From Corallococcus sp. EGB (lineage in GTDB: Bacteria; Myxococcota; Myxococcia; Myxococcales; Myxococcaceae): a stretch of DNA of 64,000 bases. The notes under the pieces are model-generated. The model did not search any database and had not been told where the DNA came from. It worked only from the letters and a program-made list of their open reading frames with translations. The translations under genes and the position numbers were made by a program. Shown here piece after piece: positions 29,517 through 38,346 of the stretch. The stretch covers positions 5,665,356 through 5,729,355 of the forward strand of contig NZ_CP079946.1 of the NCBI RefSeq assembly GCF_019968905.1, read 5' to 3'. Each line of letters begins with the position of its first letter. Positions within the stretch are counted from its first letter, which is position 1.

Positions 29517-30500
29517 ATGACGACTCCAGGGCAGGAACATCGGGGCGCGCTTCACGGGGAGGACGTCCGGCATGGGGAGGCCCCCGTCGCGGGAGGCCGG
29601 GTGCGGCTGTCGCTGCGGGTGGAAGCCGCGACGCGCACGGTGCTGGCGGCGGCGTGGGAGGCCCCGGTGGACGCGGGCCATCCGCTGGCCGCCTGCCTGG
29701 AGTCGCTGTGCCAGAGCGCGGTGGGCATGGGGGTGGACGTGTTCCTGCGCTTCGACGACTTCCACCTGCGGTCGGGGTGTCCGGACGGGTTGGAGGCGAC
29801 GGAGGAGGCGGGGCAGGCGGTGCGGGTGTTCCGCCTGGCGTTCAGCCAGTTCCACTCCCGGGCCACGGGGCCCGCGTACCTGTCGAGCGGGCTGGTGCTG
29901 GCGAAGCTGCCGCGGGGCGCGAGCCCGGAGTGGGACGAGCCGGGGTTCTACTTCGCGCACTACTACCGCGAGGAGCTGTGGCCCGCGGCGGTGGTGGAGG
30001 CGCGCCGGGGCGGCGTGCTGGGGCCTCGCGCGGCGTGTGCGTTCATCGACGCGCTGCTGGCGAAGGCGGGCGACACGGTGGAGCTGGACTGGCCGGTGGA
30101 GCAGGGCACGGCGACCTGGGACTGGCTGACGCGCGTGTGCCTGCCGGCGGTGACGGGTGGAGAGGAAAGAACCCGGCAGTTGCTGGAGGGCGGCTACAGG
30201 GGCGCGAGGGGCTCGGGGAGTTTTCCGTTCGGGCATCTGGACGGAGGGCCGTGGCGCCCACCGGTGGAGCTGGCGGAGCCCGAGGGCGTGGGGCACGCGG
30301 AGTTCATCCTCGGGGACCTGGAGCACCTGTTGCCGGAGTTGCCGAAGGACGGCGTGCTGCTGGCCGCGCCCCGGTGGATGGCGGTGGGACAGACGCGGGA
30401 CTCCCCTGCCCTGCGCCGCGCGGAGATTTCGAGCGACGAGGCCGGAGGCTTCGGCCTGTTCAACGCGGCGGCGCACGACGTGGGTGAGGATGATGACTGA
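29517..30500 (+). CDS. Hypothetical protein (327 aa), divergent from the mnmC-like gene
   Basis: In-frame ATG at 29517 inside a longer ORF. GC3-biased with balanced composition. No recognisable family. Confidence 0.4.
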   Translation: MTTPGQEHRGALHGEDVRHGEAPVAGGRVRLSLRVEAATRTVLAAAWEAPVDAGHPLAACLESLCQSAVGMGVDVFLRFDDFHLRSGCPDGLEATEEAGQAVRVFRLAFSQFHSRATGPAYLSSGLVLAKLPRGASPEWDEPGFYFAHYYREELWPAAVVEARRGGVLGPRAACAFIDALLAKAGDTVELDWPVEQGTATWDWLTRVCLPAVTGGEERTRQLLEGGYRGARGSGSFPFGHLDGGPWRPPVELAEPEGVGHAEFILGDLEHLLPELPKDGVLLAAPRWMAVGQTRDSPALRRAEISSDEAGGFGLFNAAAHDVGEDDD

Positions 30501-30878
30501 GCTGCGGTTGCTGAAATGGCTGGTCAGGTGCGTCGCCCTGCTGGGCCTGTCGTGAGCATCAGCGCCGGCAAGGTACGCGCATGTCTTTCGCCTCATCGAG
30601 AGGACTGCGGAAGGTCTTTCCTGTCCTCAAGGCGGACCTGCGCCCCGCGCTGGGGACACGCAGCCGGGTGAAACACTGTCGGCGTATCGTGAGCAGGCCC
30701 GGAGCCTGGAACCGTGGCTCCTCGCTGCACGCCTCCACGCGACGGGTAGTCGCGCAGGATTTTTTCACGCATTGCCCCAGCACCCGGCGCGCTGATAATC
30801 CGCGTCCCGGAGTGTTCAACTCGAGCGGTGGGCGGACGGCCGTGGTCGCGCCAGCCCTCGCGGATCGGGGTTTCTTCG

Positions 30879-33800
30879 ATGCGGTCACAACGTGCTGTCT
30901 GGAGCAGGCTCCTGGTGTTCGCAGCGAGCCTGGGCCTTCTGTCCTGCGGCGACAACGAGCGCCCGGCACCGGCGAACGTCCGCACCACGCACGCGCGTCT
31001 CGCGACGGCGCCGGCCTGGTACGCCACCGCTTCCATGTCGACGACGCGTGGGCAACACGCCGCCGTCCTGCTCCCTGATGGGAAGCTGCTCGTCATCAAC
31101 GGCGTGCACAGCTCCGGCTTCGTGGGCACGGCGGAGACCTACGATCCCTCCACCAACATCTGGACCCCGGCGGGCACGACCGGCATCCAAGGCAACATCA
31201 CGCAGGCCGTGCTCCTGTCCACCGGCAAGGTCCTGATCCTGACCGACGGCTCGCAGGCGGGCCGCGTCTACGATCCCGTTGCGGGCACCTGGAGCGCCAC
31301 GGGCAACATGTCCTCGACCCGCGGCATGCCCACGGTCACGCTGCTGGATTCGGGGCAGGTCCTCGTCGCGGGTGGCATCGGCAGCGGAGGCGTCCGGCTG
31401 ACGACCGCGGAGCTCTACGACCCCGTGGCCAACACCTTCACCCCCACCGGCGCCATGACCGCGGGCCGCAACGCGCACATGGCGACGCGGCTGCGTGACG
31501 GACGGGTGCTCGCGGTGAGCGGCTTCAGCGGCAGCGGTGAGGTGCCCGGCGCCGACCTCTACGACCCGGCCACCGGCACCTGGTCCGCCGCCGCGCCCCC
31601 GCTGGTGCCCCGCCACTATTCCTCCAGCACCCTGCTCCCCGACGGCCGCGTGCTCGTCGCGGGTGGCTTCACCGCGGGCGGCGTGACGACCCAGTCCGAG
31701 CTCTACGACCCGACCGCCAACACCTGGACCGCGACTGGCAGCCTGACGTTCCCGCGCTCCGGCCACCAGGCCACGCTGCTGCCCGATGGCCGCGTCCTCG
31801 TCACCGGCGGCGCCGAGTTCCGCACCACGCCGCAGGTCGAGGCCGAAGTCTACGACCCCTCCACCGGCACCTGGTCCGCCGCGGGCACGATGAATGTCGG
31901 CCGCGAGAACCACACCGCGACGCTGCTGCCCACCGGCAAGGTGTTCGTCACGGGCGGCTTCAATACGTCCCCCACCACGACGTTCTTCGCGTCGACGGAG
32001 GTCTACGATCCCGCCGCCAGCCAGTGGTCTCCGGCCGGCACCATGGGCACGCCCCGCACGGACGCCGCGGTGGCGCTCCTGCCCTCGGGCCAGGTGCTCG
32101 TGACGGGGGGGCGTGGCGCCTTCACGTCGTCGCCGGCCGCGGAGCTGTATGACCGCGCGACCAACGCGTGGACCGCCCTGCCCGACCTCGACGTGCCGCG
32201 CGAGCGCGCCACCGCGACCCTCCTGCGCTCCGGGCAGGTCCTGGTCGTGGGCGGCCGCAACGTGAACACCTCGACGGCGAGCGTGCAGCGCTTCGACCCC
32301 GCTACCAGAACATGGCTCGCCGCGGCGTCGCCCTCGGGTTCGCGGCACCTGCACACCGCCACGCTCCTGCCGGATGGCCGGGTGCTCGTCGTCGGCGGCC
32401 AGAGCGACACCACGGTGCTCAACACCGCGGAGCTGTATGCCCCTGACTCGGACACGTGGTCTCCGGCTGGCTCGCTCGCGACCGCGCGCGCCGGGCACCG
32501 CGCCGTCCTCCTCCAGAATGGCCGGGTGCTCGTCGCGGGTGGCCACAATGGCAGTGGCACCGCGCTGGCGACGGCGGAGCTGTTCGACCCCGCCACCAAC
32601 ACCTGGACGCCGGCGGCCAGCCTCGCGGGGGCTCGCGACGAGCTGTCGCTGACGCTGCTGCCTTCGGGCCAGGTGCTCGCGGCGGGTGGCATCGCGGCCG
32701 GCACGGAGCTCACGTCCACGGAGCTCTACACGCCCGGCACCAACACCTGGACCAGCGTCGGGGCGCTGGCGCAGCCGCGCTGGCTGCACTCCGCCGCGCT
32801 GCTGCCCTCCGGAAAGGTGCTGGTCGCGGGCGGCATCACCACGAACAGCGATTACGCCAATACCGCGGAGGCCTACGACCCCATGCTCGGCCGCTGGACC
32901 ACGGTCGCCGATCCCACCACCGCGGGAGGATTGTTCAGCGTGGCGCTGCCGTCGGGCGAGCTGCTCCTCGCGGGCGGCATGACCAGCCCCAACGCGGAGC
33001 TGTTCAACGAGAACGGCGCGCAGCCCGCGTGGCGGCCCACGGTGTCGGCTCCGGCGACCCTCGTCGCCGCCTGCCCCACCGTCCTGGAGGGCCTGCTGTT
33101 CCGGGGCATCTCCAGCGGCAGCGGCGGCAACTCCGCGGACTCCCCCACCGACTTCCCGCTCGTGCGGCTGCGCTCCGCGGAGGGCGGCCAGCTCTGGACG
33201 CTCCCCAGCAGCGACACGTCCGCGACGCGCGCGACGGTGACCGTCCCCGCCGGCACGCCGCTGGGCACCTACGGGCTCACGGTCTTCGCCAACGCCATCT
33301 CCGGTGGACGCATGGTGGCCGTCGTCGCCAACCAGCCTCCGTCCGCGCAGGACCAGAGCGCCACCACGGGCAAGGACACGGCCGTGGCGGTGACGCTGGG
33401 CGGAACGGATCCGGATCCCGGCCAGGTGTTGAGCTGGACCGTCGTCACCCAGCCGCAGCACGGCACGCTGACCGGCACGCCGCCCGCGCTCACGTACACG
33501 CCCGCCGCGGGCTACGTGGGGACGGACAGCTTCACCTACCGCGTGCGGGACTGCGCTGACGACAGCAACGTCGCGACCGTCACCCTCACCGTGGTCGAGG
33601 GAGCGGCTCCCACCCTCACCTGCCCCGCGGACGTCACCGTGGAGGCGACGGGCTCCGACGGCGCCGTCGTGACCTACGACCCCGCGGTGCTGGAGCCGGC
33701 GGGGCTGCCGGTGAGCTACTCGCAGGCATCGGGCTCGCGCTTCCCGCTCGGCACCACGACCGTGACGGCGAGCTCCACCGGCCTCACCTGCACGTTCCTG

Positions 33801-34169
33801 GTGACGGTGCGCGACACCACCGCGCCGGCCCTCACCTGCCCCAGCGACAGGACGGCGGCTCGGAATGAGCCGGTCACGTTCGAGCCCACGGCCACGGACG
33901 CGGTGACGGCCCACCCGGCCGTGACGTCCTCGCCCGCGTCGGGCAGCACGTTCTCGCCGGGGGTGACGACCGTCACCGTCACCGCCACGGATGACGCGGG
34001 CAACGCCGCGCAGTGCACGTTCCAGGTCCGCGTCCAGGCCCAGGTCGTGGAGATCGCCGGCGGCGGCTGTGACAGCTCCGGCGGCACCACGTCCGCGCTC
34101 GCCCTCCTCGCCGCGCTCGCGGCCTGGGGGACTTCGCGCCGCCGCCAGCCCACGGCCCGGGGGAACTGA
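30879..34169 (+). CDS. Large surface lipoprotein with about 17 tandem Kelch-type beta-propeller repeats, an Ig/cadherin-like domain, two HYR domains and a C-terminal MYXO-CTERM sorting signal
   Basis: Lipobox LLSCG. Repeating YDPxTxTWxxxGxxxxxRxxHxAxLLPDGRVLVxGG units run from about 31000 to 33000. HYR-like units are CPADVTVEA...GTTTVT and CPSDRTAAR...GVTTVTVTATDDAGN. The C-terminus GGGCDSSGGTTSALALLAALAAWGTSRRRQ is MYXO-CTERM-like. Confidence 0.88.
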   Translation: MRSQRAVWSRLLVFAASLGLLSCGDNERPAPANVRTTHARLATAPAWYATASMSTTRGQHAAVLLPDGKLLVINGVHSSGFVGTAETYDPSTNIWTPAGTTGIQGNITQAVLLSTGKVLILTDGSQAGRVYDPVAGTWSATGNMSSTRGMPTVTLLDSGQVLVAGGIGSGGVRLTTAELYDPVANTFTPTGAMTAGRNAHMATRLRDGRVLAVSGFSGSGEVPGADLYDPATGTWSAAAPPLVPRHYSSSTLLPDGRVLVAGGFTAGGVTTQSELYDPTANTWTATGSLTFPRSGHQATLLPDGRVLVTGGAEFRTTPQVEAEVYDPSTGTWSAAGTMNVGRENHTATLLPTGKVFVTGGFNTSPTTTFFASTEVYDPAASQWSPAGTMGTPRTDAAVALLPSGQVLVTGGRGAFTSSPAAELYDRATNAWTALPDLDVPRERATATLLRSGQVLVVGGRNVNTSTASVQRFDPATRTWLAAASPSGSRHLHTATLLPDGRVLVVGGQSDTTVLNTAELYAPDSDTWSPAGSLATARAGHRAVLLQNGRVLVAGGHNGSGTALATAELFDPATNTWTPAASLAGARDELSLTLLPSGQVLAAGGIAAGTELTSTELYTPGTNTWTSVGALAQPRWLHSAALLPSGKVLVAGGITTNSDYANTAEAYDPMLGRWTTVADPTTAGGLFSVALPSGELLLAGGMTSPNAELFNENGAQPAWRPTVSAPATLVAACPTVLEGLLFRGISSGSGGNSADSPTDFPLVRLRSAEGGQLWTLPSSDTSATRATVTVPAGTPLGTYGLTVFANAISGGRMVAVVANQPPSAQDQSATTGKDTAVAVTLGGTDPDPGQVLSWTVVTQPQHGTLTGTPPALTYTPAAGYVGTDSFTYRVRDCADDSNVATVTLTVVEGAAPTLTCPADVTVEATGSDGAVVTYDPAVLEPAGLPVSYSQASGSRFPLGTTTVTASSTGLTCTFLVTVRDTTAPALTCPSDRTAARNEPVTFEPTATDAVTAHPAVTSSPASGSTFSPGVTTVTVTATDDAGNAAQCTFQVRVQAQVVEIAGGGCDSSGGTTSALALLAALAAWGTSRRRQPTARGN

Positions 34170-34172
34170 GAC

Positions 34173-35825
34173 ATGCGCTCCCACTTTTCTCGAATGGACT
34201 CCGCCTTGCGCATGAAGACCCAGAGCTGGGCGCTGGCCGCGCTGCTGGCCACCGCCGTCCCCCCCGCCGCGTTCGGGCAGACCACCACCAGTCCCATCGT
34301 CCCCATGGACCTGGAGCGCCTGCGCTTCCAGCCCGCGGCGACGGACTCCATGTTCGTGGACACCGGCCGCGTGCTCCCCGAGGGCGGCTACCGCCTGCTC
34401 CTCATGGTGAACTACGAGCGCGGCATCCTGTTGCTCCAGGGCGACGACGGACTGAAGCGCTCCATCCTCCACTACCGCACCGCGGGCTGGCTGGCCGGCG
34501 CGTGGTCGCCGGTGGACCGGCTGGAGTTCTCCGCGAAGCTGCCCGTCATCATCGCGCAGGGCGGCCACGGCGCGGAGCAGCTGGCGGGCGTGAGCGCGCC
34601 GGACTCGTTCGGCCTGGGCACGCCGGAGCTGGGCGTGCGCTACGAGCTGCTGCGGCGCGAGGAAGGCGCGCCGGTGTTCCTGGGCCTGGGACTGGACATC
34701 GGGCTGCCCGGCGGCACCGCGGACGCGTTCGGCCGTCAGGCGGGCTGGGCCGGCTTCCAGGTGGCGCCCCGCGTGTCGGTGAGCCGCGAGCTGGGGCCCG
34801 TGGTGCTGGGCGCCAACGCGGGCGTGCGGATCCGCTCGAAGGAGGTCGAGCCGGGCCGCGACTTCGGCACCGAGCTGGAACAGGGCGTCGTGGTGGCCAC
34901 GCGCGGCAAGGGGCTGCGCGGTGAAGTCGCGCTGCAGGCCGCCGAGTCGCTGGTGCAGTCCGACGTCGCGCTGGAGCTGCTGGGCGGCGTGCGGCTGCCG
35001 GTGGGCGCGGGCTTCGAGGCGTTCGCGCTGGCGGGGCACGGCTTCACGGACATCCCGGGCACGCCGTCGTTCCGTCTGGGCGCGGGCATCGCGTACGCGA
35101 ACGAGCCCGCCCCCGTGGACCAGTGCCGCACCGGCCGCAGCCACACGCCGGAGCAGTGCCCGAACGAGGACGACGACGGCGACGGCGTGGCCAACAAGGA
35201 CGACCGCTGCCCGCTGGAGGCCGGCTCCGCGGTGAACGGCGGCTGCCCGGACAAGGACTCGGACGGCGACGGCGTGGTGGACCGCGAGGACCAGTGCCCG
35301 ACGCAGGCCGGCACTGCGCGCGACCACGGCTGCCCGGCGCCGGACTCGGACGGCGACGGCGTTCGCGACGATGAGGACGCCTGCCCGAACCAAGCCGGCC
35401 CCGCGTCCGAGCACGGCTGCCCCGCGAAGGAGCAGCCCAAGCCCCAGCAGCCGCCTCCCGAGGAGCAGCCCGTGGAGACGAAGTCGCCGCTGGAGCACAT
35501 CGTCCAGTTCCCGGTGAACCAGTCGGAGTTCCACGAGAACGAGCAGCGGCAGTTGGATGACATCGCCGCGTACCTGAAGGCGAACCCGAAGCTGAAGGTC
35601 CGGATCGAAGGCCACACGGACAACAGCGGTCCGGAGGACGCCAACCGCACGCTGAGCCAGCAGCGCGCGGACCGCGTGCGCGCGTACCTCATCCAGAAGG
35701 GCATCGCGGGTTCGCGGCTGGAGGCGAAGGGCTACGGTCCTGACCGTCCGCGCGTGTCCAACGACACGCCGGAAGGCCGCAGCGACAACCGCCGCGTGGA
35801 GTTCGTCCCCGTGACGGGGAGCTGA
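34173..35825 (+). CDS. OmpA-family outer-membrane protein with thrombospondin type-3 (TSP3) Ca-binding repeats
   Basis: Signal peptide. The N-terminal region is beta-rich. Four or more DxDxDGxxDxxDxCP repeats span 35150-35400. C-terminal OmpA_C motifs are present (RIEGHTDNSGPEDANRTLSQQRADRVRAYL). Confidence 0.88.
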   Translation: MRSHFSRMDSALRMKTQSWALAALLATAVPPAAFGQTTTSPIVPMDLERLRFQPAATDSMFVDTGRVLPEGGYRLLLMVNYERGILLLQGDDGLKRSILHYRTAGWLAGAWSPVDRLEFSAKLPVIIAQGGHGAEQLAGVSAPDSFGLGTPELGVRYELLRREEGAPVFLGLGLDIGLPGGTADAFGRQAGWAGFQVAPRVSVSRELGPVVLGANAGVRIRSKEVEPGRDFGTELEQGVVVATRGKGLRGEVALQAAESLVQSDVALELLGGVRLPVGAGFEAFALAGHGFTDIPGTPSFRLGAGIAYANEPAPVDQCRTGRSHTPEQCPNEDDDGDGVANKDDRCPLEAGSAVNGGCPDKDSDGDGVVDREDQCPTQAGTARDHGCPAPDSDGDGVRDDEDACPNQAGPASEHGCPAKEQPKPQQPPPEEQPVETKSPLEHIVQFPVNQSEFHENEQRQLDDIAAYLKANPKLKVRIEGHTDNSGPEDANRTLSQQRADRVRAYLIQKGIAGSRLEAKGYGPDRPRVSNDTPEGRSDNRRVEFVPVTGS

Positions 35826-35836
35826 CCTCGACGTGA

Positions 35837-35917
35837 CGCCGCTTCGTGGCCCATCACGAAGCGGCGCCAGGCTGCATCATCGAGACGGGCGTGGGGGGCG
35901 ACCTCCACGCCCGTTTT
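35837..35917. terminator. Two consecutive GC-rich hairpins in the convergent intergenic gap. The first is a perfect 12-bp stem cgccgcttcgtg/cacgaagcggcg. The second, gacgggcgtgg/ccacgcccgt, is followed by TTTT.
   Basis: Read directly from the sequence between the OmpA stop (35825) and the HAD hydrolase stop (35921). Confidence 0.45.
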
Positions 35918-35920
35918 GCG

Positions 35921-36703
35921 TCACGCCTCCTCGGGGTGCAGCTGCACCAGCGCCGGAAGCTCCGCCGCACGGTCGCGCAGGCGGGGCTTGGGCCGGATGG
36001 CCACCGGGACGCGGGACGCCGCGAGCAGGTCCAGGTCGAACACGTTGTCGCCGAAGGCGGCGCAGAGCGGCCGGTTCGTGAGCAACCGCAGGCTGTTCAC
36101 CTTCCCGGGGCCATAGGGCACGGGCTCGAAGACGGACGTCAGCAGCCGTCCGCCCTCCTCCTTCGGCGTGCACGCCACCACGAAGTCCGGCGGGATCCCC
36201 ACCTCGCGCACGGCGGCCTCCACCACCGCGCGGGGCGACGCGCTGACCACGTAGCAGTCCACGCCCTGGCCGCGCGCCCACTCCACCACGCGGCGGGCCT
36301 CCGGATGGACGCGAGCCGCCACGCCCCGGCGTGACACGACGTCGTGGGCGAAGCCTCGCAGCTCCTCCGCGTGCCAGCCGGCGAAGATCCACGCCATCAT
36401 CTCGTAGGTGTCCTTCTCCGGCAGGCGCCCTGCCTCGAACGCCTTGAACAGCCCATGCGCCAGGGTCACCGCGTCCGGATGCGCCTCCACGCCATGGCGC
36501 GCGCCCAGCGACTCCAGGGCCACGCGCGCCTCGGGGCGCACACCGCCATGGTCCAGCAGGGCCATGAACAGGTCATCGCCCACGTCCCCGCTCCACAGCG
36601 TCCCGTCCCCATCGAAGGCCAGCACGCCGTCCGGCGTCCGCTCCACCTCGCGACGGATGCGCTCCAGCGTCTCCTCGACCCGCTCGATCCTCATGGCCGG
36701 CAT
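35921..36703 (-). CDS. HAD-IB family hydrolase (phosphoserine-phosphatase-like)
   Basis: DxD motif AFDGDGTLW and C-terminal GDxxxD motif AAFGDNVFD. The start is MPAMRIE or MRIE (36703 or 36694). Confidence 0.8.
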   Translation of the reverse strand: MPAMRIERVEETLERIRREVERTPDGVLAFDGDGTLWSGDVGDDLFMALLDHGGVRPEARVALESLGARHGVEAHPDAVTLAHGLFKAFEAGRLPEKDTYEMMAWIFAGWHAEELRGFAHDVVSRRGVAARVHPEARRVVEWARGQGVDCYVVSASPRAVVEAAVREVGIPPDFVVACTPKEEGGRLLTSVFEPVPYGPGKVNSLRLLTNRPLCAAFGDNVFDLDLLAASRVPVAIRPKPRLRDRAAELPALVQLHPEEA

Positions 36704-36798
36704 CCTCGCTGGCCCCCTGTCCGGTGTCATCCGTCCCCAGGAAGCCAGGGCACGGGATGTTCACCCGCCAGGGGGAAAGCGTGACTACCCTCCGGGGC

Positions 36799-37359
36799 AT
36801 GGCACGAACCGAGAAAGAGAAGATGCTCGCGGGCGAACTGTACGTGGCCACCGACCCGCAACTGATTGCCGAGCGGGCCCGCGCTCGCAAGCTCCTGCGT
36901 TCCTACAACCAGTCCACCCAGGACGAACTGCCGCTGCGTGAAAGCCTGCTCCAGGAGCTGCTGGGCAAGGTGGGCGCGGGCACGTGGGTCGAACCGCCGT
37001 TCAACTGCGATTACGGCGAGCACATCCGGCTGGGCGACCGCGTCTTCATGAACTTCAACTGCGTCATCCTGGACTGCAACACGGTGACGATTGGCGACGA
37101 CGTGTCCTTCGGTCCGAGCGTGCAGGTGTACGCGGCCACGCATCCCCTGGACCCGGATGAACGCATCAAGGGCCCTGAGCTGGGCAAGCCCATCACCATC
37201 GGCTCCAAGGTGTGGATTGGCGGCGGGTCCATCATCTGCCCGGGCGTCACCATCGGCGAGGGGACCACCATCGGCGCGGGCAGCGTGGTGACGCGGGACA
37301 TTCCCGCGTACGTCTTCGCCGCGGGAAATCCCTGCCGCGTCATCCGGAACCTCCGGTAG
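36799..37359 (+). CDS. Maltose/galactoside O-acetyltransferase family (left-handed beta-helix, hexapeptide repeats)
   Basis: Mac N-terminal region (MLAGELYVATDPQL) followed by hexapeptide repeats (IGDDVSFGPSVQV, IGSKVWIGGGSII, IGEGTTIGAGSVV). Confidence 0.85.
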   Translation: MARTEKEKMLAGELYVATDPQLIAERARARKLLRSYNQSTQDELPLRESLLQELLGKVGAGTWVEPPFNCDYGEHIRLGDRVFMNFNCVILDCNTVTIGDDVSFGPSVQVYAATHPLDPDERIKGPELGKPITIGSKVWIGGGSIICPGVTIGEGTTIGAGSVVTRDIPAYVFAAGNPCRVIRNLR

Positions 37360-37380
37360 CAGGGCTCCACGGCGGGGACT

Positions 37381-38151
37381 TCAGGCCACGGCCTCGTGGG
37401 TCTCGGTGACGCCCTGGTACTGGTACGCGCCGCTGTCATATGGGGTGATGGCGTCGTCGGCCTTCTTGGTGCAGGCCGCAGCGGTGGGGTCGAAGGCCTG
37501 GAACTGGCCCTTGTCGTCCTTGAACTCCACCCACGCATGGTCGCCCCGGTCCGTCTTGCCGAAGACGACGTGCGCTTCCACGCCGGCCTGCTCGAAGCGC
37601 TGCTCGGCCTCGATGGCCATGTCCACGCAGACGCCGGACTTGGACGCGTCGAAGTTGCTGGCGTTCTTCATGGCGGCATCCCACGTCTTGCCGCCCGAGT
37701 AGTCGTACTTCCAGGACGTGGCCTCCTTCGCGATGTCCTGGGCCACCTGATCCGCGCTCTTGCCGGAGGACGGGCCCTTCGCGCCCTGCGCCTGCGTGGG
37801 AGGCGGCGTGGGCTGCGCCTGGGCGGGAGCCGGAGCCGGCTGGGGCTTCTGGGCCTGGGCCTTGGATGGCTCGAAGCTGTCGCGCCGCCAGTTCTGCTGG
37901 AAGCGCTGTGCGCCGGTGGGCTTCGGGCCCTGGGCCTTCGCACCCTCGCCCTTCAGCAGGGACTCCTTCGTCAGACCCAATTCCTTGAGCAGCGCGGCGA
38001 ACTCCTTGGGCTGCTTCGCGGAGTCCACCGTCTTCACCGGCGAGCCGTCCGGAGTGACGACCTTCACCACGACATTCCGTGGGGCCTGCGCGGCATCGGC
38101 GGGGCGGTTCGCCAACGGGTTGGAGGACGGACGCGACAGGGAGGAGATCGC
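37381..38151 (-). CDS. Transglutaminase-like (Cys-His-Asp) domain protein with a long Pro/Gln/Ala-rich low-complexity N-terminal linker
   Basis: C-terminal core SGVCVDMA...DHAWVEF...FDPT matches the transglutaminase-like cysteine peptidase triad. Start taken at MAISSL (38151). Confidence 0.6.
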   Translation of the reverse strand, partial: AISSLSRPSSNPLANRPADAAQAPRNVVVKVVTPDGSPVKTVDSAKQPKEFAALLKELGLTKESLLKGEGAKAQGPKPTGAQRFQQNWRRDSFEPSKAQAQKPQPAPAPAQAQPTPPPTQAQGAKGPSSGKSADQVAQDIAKEATSWKYDYSGGKTWDAAMKNASNFDASKSGVCVDMAIEAEQRFEQAGVEAHVVFGKTDRGDHAWVEFKDDKGQFQAFDPTAAACTKKADDAITPYDSGAYQYQGVTETHEAVA

Positions 38152-38346
38152 CATGGGACAGGGCCTCGAAGAAACCGCGGGGATGCCTGTCCCATGAGCA
38201 CGGCGCATGCCAGCACGCGTGCCCCATGAGGTGGAAGCCAAACCCCTGTGTTTCCTGAGCCCGTGGGCCCGTCCTCGTCAGCGAAGGCCGGCGGGGCTGA
38301 TGACAACCGTTGGCGGGCTGGTGTCCGGTGTCATCACCCCACGGAC

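Noticed and set aside
28623-30596. 657-aa minus-strand ORF treated as one gene
   Set aside because: Only the C-terminal 281 aa (from MSEPSHP) show MnmC-like methyltransferase motifs. The N-terminal 370 aa are Arg/Pro-rich and antisense to the 29517-30500 gene.
30885-35615. 1576-aa minus-strand ORF, the longest in the window
   Set aside because: Antisense to the Kelch/HYR lipoprotein and OmpA genes, which have strong motif support. Arg/Gly/Ala repetitive artefact.
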